A DNA stretch of 64,000 nt from Octopus sinensis (lineage: Eukaryota): positions 70,556,001-70,620,000 of the forward strand of contig NC_043009.1 of assembly GCF_006345805.1 (NCBI RefSeq), in the 5' to 3' direction. Under the pieces are notes generated by a model. It saw only the letters and a program-made list of their open reading frames with translations. It had not been told where the DNA came from and made no database searches. Made by a program: the position numbers and the translations under genes. This document shows, piece by piece, positions 1-14,697 of the stretch (position 1 is its first letter; each line of letters opens with the position of its first letter).

Positions 1-236
1 TATATGTGTAATATTCCAATATTCTTTGAGTAAAATCCAAAAGTCCAACAGAGTTTAATATGAGTCCATCCAGATATAGAGTTTTTAAGCAAAGTAATAT
101 TCTCTTAAGGTCGGTCATTCCCAGTAGGTAATTTATATAGAGTGTAGCAGATTCGAGGTTTGTGTTTAAACTGACCATGAAATAGGGAGTGTATTAGTTT
201 GGTCAAATTGAAAACAGGAAGAGAGGAATGACAAAG

Positions 237-240
<4 letters not shown>

Positions 241-274
<34 letters not shown>
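241..274. repeat. (GA)n microsatellite
   Basis: Direct reading. Confidence 0.95.
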
Positions 275-277
<3 letters not shown>

Positions 278-509
278 AAGGAGGGGAGAAAGAAGGAATT
301 AAAGAGAAAGAAGAAAGATTGGTAAAAACGAATATACAGAATAAAACTCCTGAGGGTATGAATAAAGAGAATAAGGAAAATAAAACAGAAAAATTAAGAT
401 ATAGGTTGGTCAGTGGTCAGTGTAGGTAGTGGTCAGTGTATTTCTTCCACCTCACTCTCTATTTTGTATCACATCTAAACTAACTATTACTTAACCATCC
501 TCTTACACC

Positions 510-561
510 GTCTCCGATGAAGGGATATTATTAATTAATATTCTAGAAACAGCTGTAAGAC
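510..561 (+). ncRNA. Type I hammerhead ribozyme motif, variant core CCGAUGA
   Basis: GTCT-CCGATGA-A-[GGGATATTA ttaat TAATATTCT]-A-GAA-ACAGCTGT-A-AGAC: stem I GTCT/AGAC, stem II with G-U pairs, palindromic stem III. Confidence 0.65.
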
Positions 562-624
562 CTTCTATCTATAAATGCTCCAATATCTATACAGCCTTGT
601 TTTTTTGTCTCATTACACAAAAAA

Positions 625-663
<39 letters not shown>

Positions 664-3600
664 CGTTGCTATTATGCAAAAGTGTCGTAAGTCCAAAACG
701 TTGCTTTTTCAGAAAACGAAAAAATACTTTTTCCCCGTTCCCTTTCTTTTACATTACCAACCATTAGCAACAGTTTCAGTTTAACAATACTACTTTGTTG
801 GGTGCATAAAATGGTAATTCAATGCATGAACGATATTTCCAGTCAGAAATATTTTTGCAAAACTGTTGTATGTGGGGCTTAATACACTTTTGGTAAATGC
901 TAAACTGTTGACAATTTTTGATATCTTGGCATCTGAAGCAGCTGAAGATACGACAGTTTGACCAAAACAACCGACTATTGCAACGAAAATTAAATATGGA
1001 AAAAGTAAAAAAACGCATTTGGCCAAATTTGAACGTACGGCAGTTTAACAGAATAGCAACGATATATCGATATACACACACAACACACCGGCACATCACT
1101 CCACATGCACACCCACACACCAATCCTATATGCATGGCGATTAGAGAGTATAGCAGTCGTACTTCCACACACATCAGAGGTACGCATACATGCAAACTCT
1201 ATATACACACACGCATTCACATGTACACTCGTTGATCCAGATTACATACACTCATTTCATACTTACAGAGGTAAATGCAGAAATGTGCATACAAATCCGA
1301 ATCCGACATTCATACGCTCACATATTCATGCAAGCCTCCCAATATCACATCCATAGAGTAGACTCTCACGTACACATATTCGCACCTGCGCACACACACA
1401 CACACACTACCACACAACTGATACACACTCATGTAACGTATACATATGACACACATGAATACGTGCGGGCAAGCACGCTCACGTGGCTGATACACACCCG
1501 CAGCCATAAGCACAAACCACCTAGAAAACACGTGCTTACGTAGCATCGAGCAGCTATTACCAGTCCTCACCCGAATGCCGGATTACACGTCGACGCATCC
1601 CCTCATCACATACACAAAACAGATACACATGCATACACACCACACACGAACCTCCTCACATTCATACACAAAGCACGCACACACAAACATTTATACATCC
1701 GCATCCAACATCGATGTCGCCTCACGTTCCTTCAAATAATATACAGACAGTGAGGAACCAAAGCATTCCTGCCGCGACATCCACTCTTAGTAATTCAGGT
1801 TGGGATCTCTAATCTGATGGAGTTGGAGTCGCTGGAATTTCAGTACTATTTCCAACAAAACATGTGACACGATTTGAACAATAGCAGCCCACGCCCCTAC
1901 GCACGGACACACACGCACACAGATATACAAACTGTTTTGTGAGGAAAATTATATTCACAGAACGAGCTGAAAATTGAATAATAAACCACCAATACACGGA
2001 TATAATTGGGTTGGAAATCGTGTACAATTTGCAAACATCTGTGCACGCACTTCATGTACGTTGCACATTTTTATATTTGATATAGAATATAATAATATTT
2101 ATTAGTATTTATCATTGCTAAAATCCTAACCACGATTCAACAGAACTGAGTGAGAAAATCTATTATCATAAAACATATGAAAATCATGAAATTGGAGCAA
2201 GTTTTTGCAACATCAGTTCGAATTATAATTGGGGAAAATAAACAAAACCCACCGCACTGAAAACAAATTTAAAGAGTGTTCAAATAGCAAAGAAAATAAC
2301 CAACTTTTGTAAATCACGTGACGATTTGTTTATATGGCGTTTGATGGTTGGTGCAACGATGGCGTTCTGGTGATCTGATGAGCTAGATTTCTGTATTTAT
2401 GTTGATTTATGCTTATGCAAACGCATTGTGTAATTGAGGGCATGAATATTAAGGCTAACATGTTGGCATCATATCTTCCACGTTGAAACTAATCCAACAT
2501 GAGGTAGGCTGCGAAACGGCCCTAAGGTTATCTCGTGGCTAAATAGATATATATTCACCTCACAGTTCTGCACTTTTCTGGTTGATATAGATATATATGT
2601 ATATATATATAAATAGATCCTCGCTCGATTCGAAACACTCGTACTGCCGATTTGAAGAATGATTTTTCAAATTCCCGTAGAAGCCATTCTGGGATACACA
2701 GTCGGTGGTGTTGTATAATTATTTCTGTTATATACAAAAAAAACCAAATAATATTTAAGTAACAAGTAAATATATAATGGGGCCTTTTATCGGATCCCAA
2801 GGGGACAGAGTATGAAGGAAGCACTGAAATAGATCAAATATAATGCGGAGTGCAGACAGAACAGTCTCGTCTAACACGTTGTGTTGGAATAAATGTCTCG
2901 TTGGAAGTCAAAGTTAAGCCGTCGCAATGTTATGACATTAATCAGCTTTGACCTGGCTTTTCGAGATATCCCAAAACAGACGTAAATATATAAACAGCGG
3001 GAGAAACGAGTTGAAACACTCATAGGGCCGCTTATAACATTTTTTATCGTTTCTGTCTCTAATCTTAGTCGTTAATGTAGAAGACTAATTACAGTCGTTA
3101 TGTACAGACCCCTGGAGGAGACTGTACATAAAGACACACATACAGGCTAATAGATAATACACACACACACACACACACACACACAAGCACGCATATGCAT
3201 ACTTACATATAAATATATATTACATATATATACAGATATATATATATATACAGATGTATATATATATATATAATATATATATATACGTACGCACATACGC
3301 TCACACATATATGATTTGATATTTCTTTACACATTATAGTGCAATAGAAGAAAACCTGCTGATTCTGTGGTAAGAAACCACAATTCACAGAAGAACCATT
3401 ACTTCAAACTGCTACATTTGCAAGACAACCTCTCATGTTACGTAACGTCATTCTGTGTTGACTTTTCTGTTTCCTTTTTCTTTTCTGGTGTTTGGGTGGA
3501 GGAGGAATATTTCCTCCGTTTTTCTATATCAGCCCCACATTTCTCTCTCGACTTTTCACTATTATAACCGACAATAGCATAGTGTGTTAGCGTGGGTAAG

Positions 3601-4821
3601 GGCATGTGTGAATGTGTGTGTGCCTGTGCGTGCATGTGTGAATGTGTGTGTGCCTGTGCGTGCATGTGTGTCTGCAAGCGTGTGTCTATAAGTGCGTCTG
3701 TGTCGTTTTTTTTTTCTCTCCATAAAATTGTTGCGACAAATAGAAATAGAAAAATAATACCACACTGAAAACTTAGTACTTGTTAATATGACAGAGTAAA
3801 ACACTTGTAGGCACTGCTCTGGTATGGTGTATGAACATTGTTGGAAATAGGTACACGCATACAATTATAGGCACGCAAACACAAAGAAAACGCATGTACA
3901 CGTTCAGTCGAATACAAGAGCTACAACAGTCGCAACCCACCATAGAAATTGTCTCATGGTTGGGTCCTCGCCACCCATTCGCTACAAATCCAAAAGGTAA
4001 AATGCATCAGACTTCAAAAAGTGAACAAATCACATTCGCTGCCGGTCCAATGACAAAATATTACTTACATAATTGTACTGAAGATAATGAACAAACTTTC
4101 TATAAAATACTTTGCAAGTGACTGACCGACGCGTAATAGCTATTAGAACATCTCTTCAGAGAGGAGGAAATTAGGACCCCTTAGCCGTGATAGCAACAAC
4201 CCGTTTAAGAGAAGAAATCTCTGAATGCACAAACCTACTCTTTTCTTTTTTAAATTCCTTCGATTGGAGAATGCTAGGTGATAGAATGCTCTTATATAAA
4301 ATCCAGAAGTTTGATCTGTGCCGGAAAACTTCAGGCGAGTTCGGCTGATCAAAGCCCTTTATTTTAACTTGGTTGCTGTCAGCGAGACAAGGGATTAGCT
4401 AATGTGTCACAAATAAATTCACCTCCTCAAAAACCTAGCGACACAGTTGCGGCCGGCAAATCATCTGCGGAATACTATAAATGCAAAGGAAAAGAGAAGA
4501 GCTCTAGTTAAAAGTTCTCAACTTTCTAAACCAGAATCTCTCATCAATATGAAAATATTCACACACATATAAAAGCTTACACTCATCCATATGTGTGTGA
4601 GTGTGTGCGTGCGGATGTGTGCGTGTGCGGCAGTGAGTGCGTGCGTTGTTTAAACGCCAGTAGCTGCGATTTTCGCCCGAGAGTTGTCCTTTTACAGCAG
4701 TATAGTATTTAAAAAAAACACATTATTTGAATATTCTTCAGAGCTAGGTGAAGTGATCATGGGAACGGCAGATATAGATAGACACATACACATACGTATA
4801 TACATGCATGCATACATACAT

Positions 4822-4832
<11 letters not shown>

Positions 4833-4905
<73 letters not shown>

Positions 4906-4940
4906 GCATATATATATATATATATATATAATATATATAT
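4833..4940. repeat. (TA)n microsatellite
   Basis: Direct reading; source of the YIYIYI ORFs. Confidence 0.95.
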
Positions 4941-5795
4941 AACGGGAAGCTTTATGAAAATAAACAAAAGACCAAGGCAGGTGGAGTACAAACAAACAAT
5001 TGTATTATATATATATATATTCATCCCACCTATATATATATATATATATATATATATGACTGTAGTGGTGGCGGTGGTGGGTCTCCGTTTGATGATGATG
5101 ATGATGATTCGGTTGTTCCATGAAAGTATAAATGGCTGGGTTCTCCGTAAAGACGCGTTCCCTTTATATAAAGGCTGTACTCTTTTAAATTCCGGGTATA
5201 TTCCATCCGACGTGCTTCAGTACAGTTTCTGTCTAGATAATTTCACTCGCAAGTACAAAGTAACTAGATTCTAGAGAAAATGATGAATGCCCTAGCACTG
5301 GGATCGAACCCGGCATATTGTGGCTGCGAAACAAACTATTTAGATATTCAGCTTCACTGCGCTGTCATAGAATTTTCCAGAACTGATTTTTTTCCAACGA
5401 ATCTTTTAGATGTGGGTGTAGTGTAAGTCATTGCGATAGTTATTCCGAACATTCTAAATAAATTTGCATATATTACGAGTAAGTAAAGATGGAATGAATA
5501 AATGAGATTTTAACGGATAAAAACGACGTCAAGTGATGAAAGGAAAGAAAACAATATGCAACCCAATAAAAAGGCAAAACGGCAGACAGAATCACGTTAC
5601 GCGGATGGTATCGCATACAGAACATTAAGCAGACACAGCGAATAGCAGAGATGTAAATATTGCAGTAAATAATTTCAATAATAATAAATCAAATGATCCA
5701 ATCCAAATATCTAGACTTCATAGATGTATATATATATATATGCACATATATAAATTGTCTGTATGATATACTTACAATTAAAACTGATGCACTCA

Positions 5796-5949
5796 TACAC
5801 ATTACATACACAAATAAGGGTACATAACGGAATACACATTACATACACAAATAAGGGTACATAACGGAATACACATTACATTCACAAATAAGGGTACATA
5901 ACGGAATACACATTACATTCACAAATAAGGGTACATAACGGAATACACA
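5796..5949. repeat. 37-bp minisatellite, about 4.2 copies
   Basis: Unit TACACATTACAT(A/T)CACAAATAAGGGTACATAACGGAA starts at 5796, 5833, 5870 and 5907, with no spacers. Confidence 0.95.
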
Positions 5950-6894
5950 AACATTATGAAAAGCAGTTAATCCATCGAGATAATCAGGAACAACCGACAT
6001 GATTTTAGGCTTTATAAGATTTCACACACTCATTTCTTTTTTCGAGGTCGCCCCTGTACGCCTGTATATAATAGCAACGTTTATGAATACCAACCATCCA
6101 TTTGCCTACAAACGTATACTGTTGTATAAATAAATTTTGAAAACTTTTTTTTTTTCTTTAGAAGCGAAAATCACTTTCGAATTTCTATTGAGACTCAAAT
6201 TCTTAACGAAAGTAGCTTCAATGTTTCCTTAGTCTTCTATTAATGTTATATGACATGGCCTTTGCTAATTTCTCCCATTTTATCCCATGACAAATATTTC
6301 CGAGTTTTAATCTTCAAATATAACGTTACCTGTTTTCTTGGTAGGTTCCGTAAATTTTTTCCGGCTTGTTCCGAAAAGTACAAGAGTCCATTCCTTTCAA
6401 ACTTGTAAAAGCCTCATTAGCTGTGGGGTTTTTAATATTTAGTCATAATTCTGGATTTTGATTATGGCAACGTTAAGACCATAAATCTTTCTCAAAGTTT
6501 GCAAAGGAATTCCGAAGCCTTTTCAATACTAACGAAATTTGGGAAGTTAAACACTTTGTCTTATCAAGATATCGAAACGAGTTCCCTGGAAAATCTTCCC
6601 CTTCGCGAAAATAGAGGGCTTACAGTAAGATTGGTGAATAGCATGTTTGTATACGACCACGAAATGTAAAAATAAGAAAAATCCTTTCGACTCCGAAATC
6701 CTTAAGGTTGTTAAAGAATAACCTGATATAGAGATAGTTGCATATAAATTCCACTCTGTATCCCTTTACAACTGCCGTCTCTAAGCGCGCTCTGAGGAAG
6801 TCAACCGTTTAAAGAAAACGTCCCCGATTGTTGAGCACAGCTTGAATTATTATATTTAATATAGGAAATATAGGTGCAAGGCGTTGGTGGGTGG

Positions 6895-7040
6895 GGAGAG
6901 GCCTGCTTCACATATTCATGAGTTTGAGTTCAGTCACACTGTGTGCTACTTTCATGTCATGTACTCTAGCCACAGGCCGGCCAATGACTTGTGTGAGTGG
7001 ACTTGGCTGATGGAAACTGAAAGTATGCCGTCTCGTGTGT
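6895..7040 (+). mobile_element. Degenerate tRNA-derived SINE 5' half (family of 13407-13799)
   Basis: GAGTTCAGTCACACTG B-box-like motif, then GGCCGGCCAATGACTTGTGTGAGTGGACTTGG...GGAAACTGAAAG, matching the 13.4-kb SINE. Confidence 0.7.
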
Positions 7041-7050
7041 GTGTGTGTGT

Positions 7051-7095
<45 letters not shown>

Positions 7096-7804
7096 GGATA
7101 AAATCTAAATAGGATTTTATCAAGTAGCCAGTGTGCAGAACCAATTAAAGAAAGATGTTAATACAACGTATATAATTTTTCCCTCATATATAAAATACAT
7201 TATTATATTACTAGAAGTAACGCCACACGCTCTAAGGGGACTCTAAATCAAAGTACTTCAATAAATATACACAGGCACCAAATTTGGGGGAACGCAGAAA
7301 GGAGAAATTCTTTTACGAAAAGGGTTTAGTTGTATAGCATTAATGGTTTCATGGTCAGCATTTATAACACGCTCTCTATTCATCAGTACGAACATAACCA
7401 GGAATTATAAATATAGAAACTTTTATATACCGTGCGAACAACAACGCATCCAGCGGGGCATTCACAGTTATATATCCATGAAAGGGGGCTTCTCTTGTTC
7501 ATCTCGGCCGCACGTGTATAATCGGAATAATTCAGCGCTGAATATATTGCGGTTTAATTTTTCATTATAATAGAAGGATAAAAGCTATATAAGGTTTTAT
7601 CAAGTAGCCAGCCTGCAAATCTAATTAAGGTAAAAATTAATGCAAATATATCAATTTTTTCCTTGTGTATAAAATAAATTACATCAAGGGCTATTTTATA
7701 AGAAACGATATAAAAGTCTATTACTATAAGTACCGTTATACGACTAAACCTTTTTTTAAAGGAATTTCTCCTTTGTTCATTCCCAGTGTAATAATGTAAT
7801 AATG

Positions 7805-7924
<120 letters not shown>

Positions 7925-8498
7925 ATTTATTAGGGAATAAAAATTCCGGCATGACAGGGGTTCAAATTATTCTCAATGAGGAAATATATATGTTATTTAG
8001 AGGTAGTAGTCCCCTTCATCACACCATATAAAAGAATTTTAATTTAATACTTACTACTCATTTCTAAATCTCTGCTACACGTGTTTCTTGAGGTTCTTTT
8101 ACGGTTCCTTAAGCATGCAGTGTTTTACAAGAACCTTTCTTAAAACGCAACCCCAATCATCAGGTCTCTAAATAACTTTATCATAGTTCGATACCAAATA
8201 CTATATTTTAATCTTAACATATAAGTATGTGTATGTGTAAATAGATTCGCCGGACCTTACTATGCAAGCCACAATTTAATTCAAATGGAATTAATAAAAA
8301 TGAAAAATAAAAATTTAAAAAGATTAAAAAATGCAAATGAAAAAATAAAAAATAAAAATTTACAAAAACTAAATTCTCACGTGACTTATGTCTATAAACA
8401 TTCATATAAAATTAATAATATGTAGGGATGAAAATTAAAATATATACTTGTGATATAATAATGAAAGCAATGACAAATAAATATATTCGAATAAAAAC

Positions 8499-8558
<60 letters not shown>

Positions 8559-8592
8559 GAGACAGAGAGACAGAGAGACAGAGAGACAGATT

Positions 8593-8625
<33 letters not shown>

Positions 8626-8692
8626 GATAGATAGATAGATACATACATACATACATACATACATACATACATACATAGATATATGTATGTAA

Positions 8693-8723
<31 letters not shown>

Positions 8724-8864
8724 TGAGAGATTGTAAGGTAGATATGTGTGTGTGTATGTACGTCTTTGTGAGTGTGTTTTCGTGCCACCTTTTAAAAACC
8801 GATGTTGTTTTACGAACCCGTAATTTCAGCAAATGGAACATAGAATAAAGAACACATTGGAGAA

Positions 8865-8950
8865 AAGTACTGCAATCGATTCGTTTCGCTAACATTCCTC
8901 AAGGCATCAGTATGGCCGCCGTCTAATGACTGAGGCAAGTAAAAGATAAT
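8865..8950 (+). mobile_element. SINE 3' end fragment
   Basis: CAGTATGGCCGCCGTCTAATGACTGAGGCAAGTAAAAG matches the 3' end of the SINE at 13760-13795. Confidence 0.7.
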
Positions 8951-9331
8951 AGGTAAAAGTTATGAACTTATATTAAAAGCTTCGAAAAGTACCACAGAAA
9001 ATATACTGGGAACAGAATAGATGTGTCATTCAATTTATTTTCCTTTTAAGTTTATTTTCTACATGGAAAATTTCAAAGACGGGATACAGTAAAAATAGTA
9101 CTATTTTTCAGGACCAGCGCAAATGAGCGAATGTATAAAAACCAGAATATCTTAGCCGAGCAATAACTCACTTCATACAATAGAATTTCGGAATTTCTTC
9201 CCAAAATAGGCCACAGTGGCTTCTAAGATTTCATTGGATCGAAATTTTCAAACTGTTCTGGAACTCTTTGAAAGACGCAACGTCTATTTATTCCAGCACA
9301 AAAACACTCACTCACAAACCCACACATATGT

Positions 9332-9383
<52 letters not shown>

Positions 9384-9443
9384 ATAAATCTCTAAATATC
9401 TATCTATCTATCCAAGACTATATCGATATCTTTTTCCTTATAG

Positions 9444-9618
9444 AGTGGTTGTATACTGTCAACTTAACGTGACAGTAGGGGATTACACCACCGCTGTTTA
9501 GCCCTAGGAAGTATCGACGCTTCCTGTCGGCTTCGACACATTTCCTGTGTCCTTATATATTTACGAAGGGGAGACAAATACCCCCAACAGCTAGGCCGTC
9601 TAGATGCCGGCCTAGCTG
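9444..9618 (-). mobile_element. About 170-bp dispersed repeat (inverse copy of 35350-35520) ending in a 10-bp fold-back
   Basis: The reverse complement aligns with 35350-35520. CAGCTAGGCC (9588-9597) pairs with GGCCTAGCTG (9609-9618). Confidence 0.8.
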
Positions 9619-9639
9619 TATAAATATTAGAGCATCCAA

Positions 9640-10480
9640 TCTATGTCTCTAAACATTCACAATTTTCCTACGTGCACACCCACTGGTGTGCATGCACATC
9701 CGTCACACCTTTCAAGCTTCCTTTCTTTGCATGTCCTTAATATCCACAGCACACATTTCGCTGTCATGCAGCGTAGCTGTACACAGCAACTGCACAATCT
9801 GCCTTTGTCTCTGAAGGAAAGGATCTTCTTTAACAACAAAGGTAATAATGCTCTGAACTTTGCCCAGCCAATTCTTATTCCTGCAACTACGCTTTCATAG
9901 GATTCTTTCCCGATGGTCATGTTTTGAGGAAATCTATTTCCTGTGTGTTCTTAGTGTTTACTCTACCAGCACATCTGTCACATACAAAGACTACTTTCTC
10001 GAATAACTTTCCAAGGATACCTTTCCGTTTCTTATGTGTCCATAGCTTCTACTGTGTACACATCCTTAAGCTTCCACATCTTCCTTTTCAAGACTGGCTT
10101 ACTTCTTGAAATTCTTCAAGGCCGAAATATGAAGTCGCATTCATGGGCAACTAGCTATTCCATTTTCTGGTGCAAACGTTTTCAATCTGGTTTGTGCGGC
10201 TACCAGATTGTTACGTCATCAGGTGACAGGCTGTTTTTCTGAAATTAGTTGCAGATCATTAGGTCGTTTGCATCACAGAACTCAAAGAGACTTATCTCTT
10301 CTTTCCGAGTTCCAATCCATAGCCTCTATGCACACCATGGAAGTCACCCGGACGCTGCCCAACATGACCTTTGAACTTATCAGCATCGAAGATAATGTCA
10401 CTGTCATTTGTCATCGACGTGGACTGCAAAAGAGTGTCGTCATAAAAGGTTTGGACGAAGGGTTTTCCAAGAGGCATATC
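9640..10480 (-). mobile_element. RTE-clade LINE relic, internally deleted: APE endonuclease fragment joined to the RT C-terminal region
   Basis: Minus strand near 10150-10400 gives GHVGQRPGDFHGVHRGYG and FCDANDLMICN (APE). ORF 9657-9920 gives ESVVAGIRIGWAKFRALLPLL...KGRL (RTE post-RT region). Frameshifted. Confidence 0.85.
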
Positions 10481-12552
10481 ATATCAGTTTGTGCCCACAA
10501 ATAACTTTTATGTCATTCATTCTTTTCATACATTTTGTATCTTCGAGAAATGAATGTAGTACACATTGTTTATACACAGGCATAAAATAACTGATTAATT
10601 AACTGCAAGGGTCCTTAATTCCCTTATATGTCCAATGCAAGGGGTGTTTGGTATACCTTTCATATTGTATGCTGTCATTGATAGAGTGCTAATATAGAGG
10701 AGGGGGAGGAGGGCGCGGTACAATAGAAAGGTCTCCGGTGTAGCAGAAAGATTTCCGGTATAGGCGATAGTAGTGGGAATGGGCAGGCCATTATGAACGA
10801 GAGAACCAGACGTATAGCATTCGGAACACGAAAATATACGGATTTCTGAGGAGTAGAAGATTTATAGATTTTCAACACATACTTTACATATATGTATCAC
10901 AAAATGAAAACGGAAGTTCAAATCCAAATACTACGCACCTGCGTTAGGTTTCGTGGGTTGACCCTGATAGCAATACCGAAACAATCTTCCTTACTCCCCG
11001 GGCCTTTAATGCCTGAGCATAGGAAGTCTGCAGCTAAGGCAAAATATCAAAAAGTCTTCATGTCAAAGTAAAAAACTGAGCTGTCATTTAATCGTCAGTG
11101 GGAATCTATTCTTCAATATCAATTTCCGTTAACCAATTATTTTTCTTATTCTCATCTAATTAATTTCATACAGAGCATGCATTAAGATATGTGCCTACAT
11201 TTCCCACCCTCACCCTTATTCTCCCCCTCTCTTCATCCCCCCTCATCTACTACTCCCTTTTTCTCTCTCTATATATATCTGCCTACATATCTATGTATCT
11301 CTCTCTCTCTCTGTCCCTCTCTAACTATATATAACTACAAACACACACACACAAATATATATGGATTTAGCGTCGTTTTTCGTAACGTACATTTGGGGCT
11401 TGGCAAATGGCCAACATTCTACATCATATTTCGTACAATTATTTATCTCATACAAATTTTTTGTTAGTAAAGTCTATTCGTTCTTTATTTATACACAGAT
11501 CGCAATGACACACAAACACACACACACACACGTACATAAACATACATACATACATACATAAATATCGGTATGTATATATATATATGCATATGTGTATGCA
11601 TGTGTATGTATGTATGTGTGTATGGATGGATAGATGGATGCATGGATGCATGTATACTTATGTATGTACTTATATCACATTCCGTTTCACTGGTGGATAC
11701 ACTTCTGACTTCTGTTCCTCGAATCTTGCTTCAATTTTCCAATTCCTGTTCCTCCATTTATCAATTAAATTCCATTTCTGAACCATTTGCATTCATTTAT
11801 AGAAATGAATGGCGAAATAAATTTCTCCTCTCCCAATTTCGTTTTTGCTTTCATTTTTGAGCGTGGATGTGTATAGATGTGTGAGACTGAATGAGTCTGT
11901 GGTGTGTTTATGTGTGTGTGCGCGTGTATGTGTCAGGTACCGATATTTCGTGTGCCTTGGAAACTTTTGCGAGGCACAATCCTGTACATTTGGTGCTTTG
12001 GCTGAAGATTATCAGCTCCCGATGCATTCTATTTTCTCGTTTTTTCGGCGACAGTTGAAAAGTTGATATCTCCTAAATCACAGCTAGGCGTCAGTGTCCG
12101 CGCCAGAATATTACTATGATTTATAAATATATATATATATATATAATATATATATATATATACATACATATACACACATACACACTCCTCTCTTCTGTCT
12201 AAAATTATATACATATGCGCAAGTATGTACTCACACACACACACACATACATGCATTTGGTTTTCTCTCATGCATTCTCTCTCCCTTTCCCTCTCTCTCT
12301 CTCCCTCCCTATCATTCGCCGTCTGCCCTCGTTCTTACCAGCTTCAGCCTGTTTCTTTATCTTTCCTTTTCCACTTTTCAACATTTTAAAAAAATCCTCC
12401 ACGATATATATATAACATATTTTCCTTTGGCAAAGTGGGTCAGGGTAAACAGAATCTCGCTCTCAGCTCCAACTGCCACATAAACACACCGAAAACACTG
12501 ACTAAATTTTAGAAAGAGATATTTTATATGAAACAAAGGCGGATAATATAAA

Positions 12553-12553
<1 letters not shown>

Positions 12554-12591
<38 letters not shown>

Positions 12592-12592
12592 G

Positions 12593-12668
<76 letters not shown>
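12554..12668. repeat. Compound (ACT)n(GCT)n(ACT)n microsatellite
   Basis: Direct reading. Confidence 0.95.
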
Positions 12669-12756
12669 AGTAAGAGATGTTCTTAAATGTAAAGAAATTC
12701 GAAATGATGCATACTTTAAAGAAAAAATGTCACTCTCTCTATGCGGCGCGCGTATT

Positions 12757-12810
<54 letters not shown>

Positions 12811-12838
12811 TATATATATGTGTATGTATGTATGTATG

Positions 12839-12874
<36 letters not shown>

Positions 12875-13406
12875 ATATTATATATATATATATGAACATA
12901 TATTATTTATTTATTTATTTTATTGTGTCTGGGAAGAGTCATTCTGTTTTAATGTCCTATTAATGAACACACTCACCGGATCGGTTTCCACTCATTCATA
13001 TATTTATTTATTTTCGTTGCTTGCTGCAACCTCTTCAATGGTCGTTGATTTTGTCCATTAATACGGACTGCTATCAAAAACTGCGAGTTGGCTTCCGTTC
13101 ACCATTTCACACAACATTGGTTTCACGGTCACCCCTAACCTCTTTTTAAAGTTTTAAATCCACAGCCGTAGTTGACGAGTAGGTGCACACAAAGCGTCGT
13201 CAACAGAAGATATCACCTTAGAGCTTTACGGTTGTGGGACCTCGAACGCTTACTGCAGAAGTGACGGAGAGGAAAAAGAAAAAAACTACGACGAGGCCAA
13301 AGACGATGAGGAATATAATTATGATGAAAGATGACGACCTGTTCCCTCTGATGGTTTTCGATGTTTAAGAGAAAGCCGCTTCGAATGACAAAAGTTGTTC
13401 CCATAT

Positions 13407-13799
13407 GCGCGGGAGTGGCTGTGTGATAAGTAGCTTGCTAACCAACCACATGGTTCCGGGTTCAGTCCCACTGCGTGGCATCTTGGGCAAGTGTCCTCTG
13501 CTATAGCCCCGGGCCGACCAATGCCTTGTGGGTGGATTTGGTAGACGGAAACTGAAAGAAGCCTGTCGTATATATGTATATATATATGTGTGTGTTTGTG
13601 TGTCTGTGTTTGTCCCCCTAGCATTGCTTGACAACCGATGCTGGTGTGTTTACGTCCCCGTCACTTAGCGGTTCGGCAAAAGAGACCGATAGAATAAGTA
13701 CTGGGCTTACAAAGAATAAGTCCCGGGGTCGATTTGCTCGACTAAAGGCGATGCTCCAGCATGGCCGCAGTCAAATGACTGAAACAAGTAAAAAAAAAT
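13407..13799 (+). mobile_element. Full-length tRNA-derived SINE with an internal TA/TG microsatellite
   Basis: A-box-like GTGGCTGTGTGATAAG, B-box GGTTCAGTCCC, and 3' end CAGCATGGCCGCAGTCAAATGACTGAAACAAGTAAAA; second copy at 30950. Confidence 0.92.
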
Positions 13800-14439
13800 A
13801 CCTCACTAGTACCAGATTTATCTCAACTCGAAACAGCTAAAGTTCACTGTGATTTTCATGTGGAATGTTGAAGTGCAGTTAAATGTGAGAAGCATTGGAG
13901 TAAGGAGTACACGCGCACGCACACAGAAATGTATATAGCATATAATACATAGATTCTTTAATTTCATACATCATACGATAAATATACTCAGTAATGCACA
14001 CCGTGGAATAGAAATAACAACGGCAAGGAAATCATTTAATGAATTGACAAAAGCAACAGAGTAGAAAACGTGTGAAGAAATATTTTACGAGGACAACCCT
14101 CCACCCCAACTAAAATATGTAAAATATAGATTTGCAGAGGAAAACAAAGAAATAATATAAATAGATGTCTTAGTGAGATAAATGAATCACACATTTATGT
14201 CATTTTGAAGTTTGATGCTAAAATAATGACACAGCTGTTATTGAAATATGTGCAGTCTGTACCATGTGATATACAAGTAGCAGGCAGAGGAACAAGTTCG
14301 CACATCAATCTGGCAGAGTTTCGAAAGGCCATTAAATTTTAGTTGCATTACACAGAGCTACTTAAAGAAAAAAACAATCTTTATCATTATTGCTTCTTAT
14401 ATAATATCTCTCTCACACATATGGCTTTTTCTATCTGTA

Positions 14440-14570
14440 GCTATCTATCTATCTATCTATCTATCTATCTGTCTGTCTGTCTGTCTATCTATCTCTCTCT
14501 CAATCTATCTATCTATCTATCTATCCATCTATCTATCCATCTATCCATCCATCTATCTATCCATCCATCC

Positions 14571-14613
<43 letters not shown>

Positions 14614-14660
14614 CATCTCTCTCTCTCAATCCATCCATCCATCCATCCATCCATCCATCC

Positions 14661-14696
<36 letters not shown>

Positions 14697-14697
14697 C
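14440..14697. repeat. (TCTA)n/(TCCA)n compound microsatellite
   Basis: Direct reading. Confidence 0.95.

Larger units (their letters stand above)
1..570 (-). mobile_element. Probable PLE relic: end of body on the minus strand (running off the window) with an inverted pseudo-LTR arm carrying a hammerhead motif
   Basis: Minus strand near 70-100 reads LKTLYLDGL, like the LKTLxPxGLN end of PLE GIY-YIG domains. 1-200 resembles 52420-52560 in the same orientation, and 440-570 is the inverse of 52230-52350. Confidence 0.5.

Noticed and set aside
2365-2460. C/D snoRNA or hammerhead at TCTGATGAG
   Set aside because: No downstream D box, terminal stem or GAAA.
5796-5949. CRISPR-like 37-bp repeat
   Set aside because: Units are contiguous with no spacers, no cas genes are present, and the context is eukaryotic.
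6150-6700. PLE or other TE coding remnant
   Set aside because: No convincing motif in any frame.
8072-8168. Minus-strand hammerhead (CTGATGA...GAAACACGTGTA)
   Set aside because: Stem I does not pair and the base of stem II is not formed; at best an old remnant.
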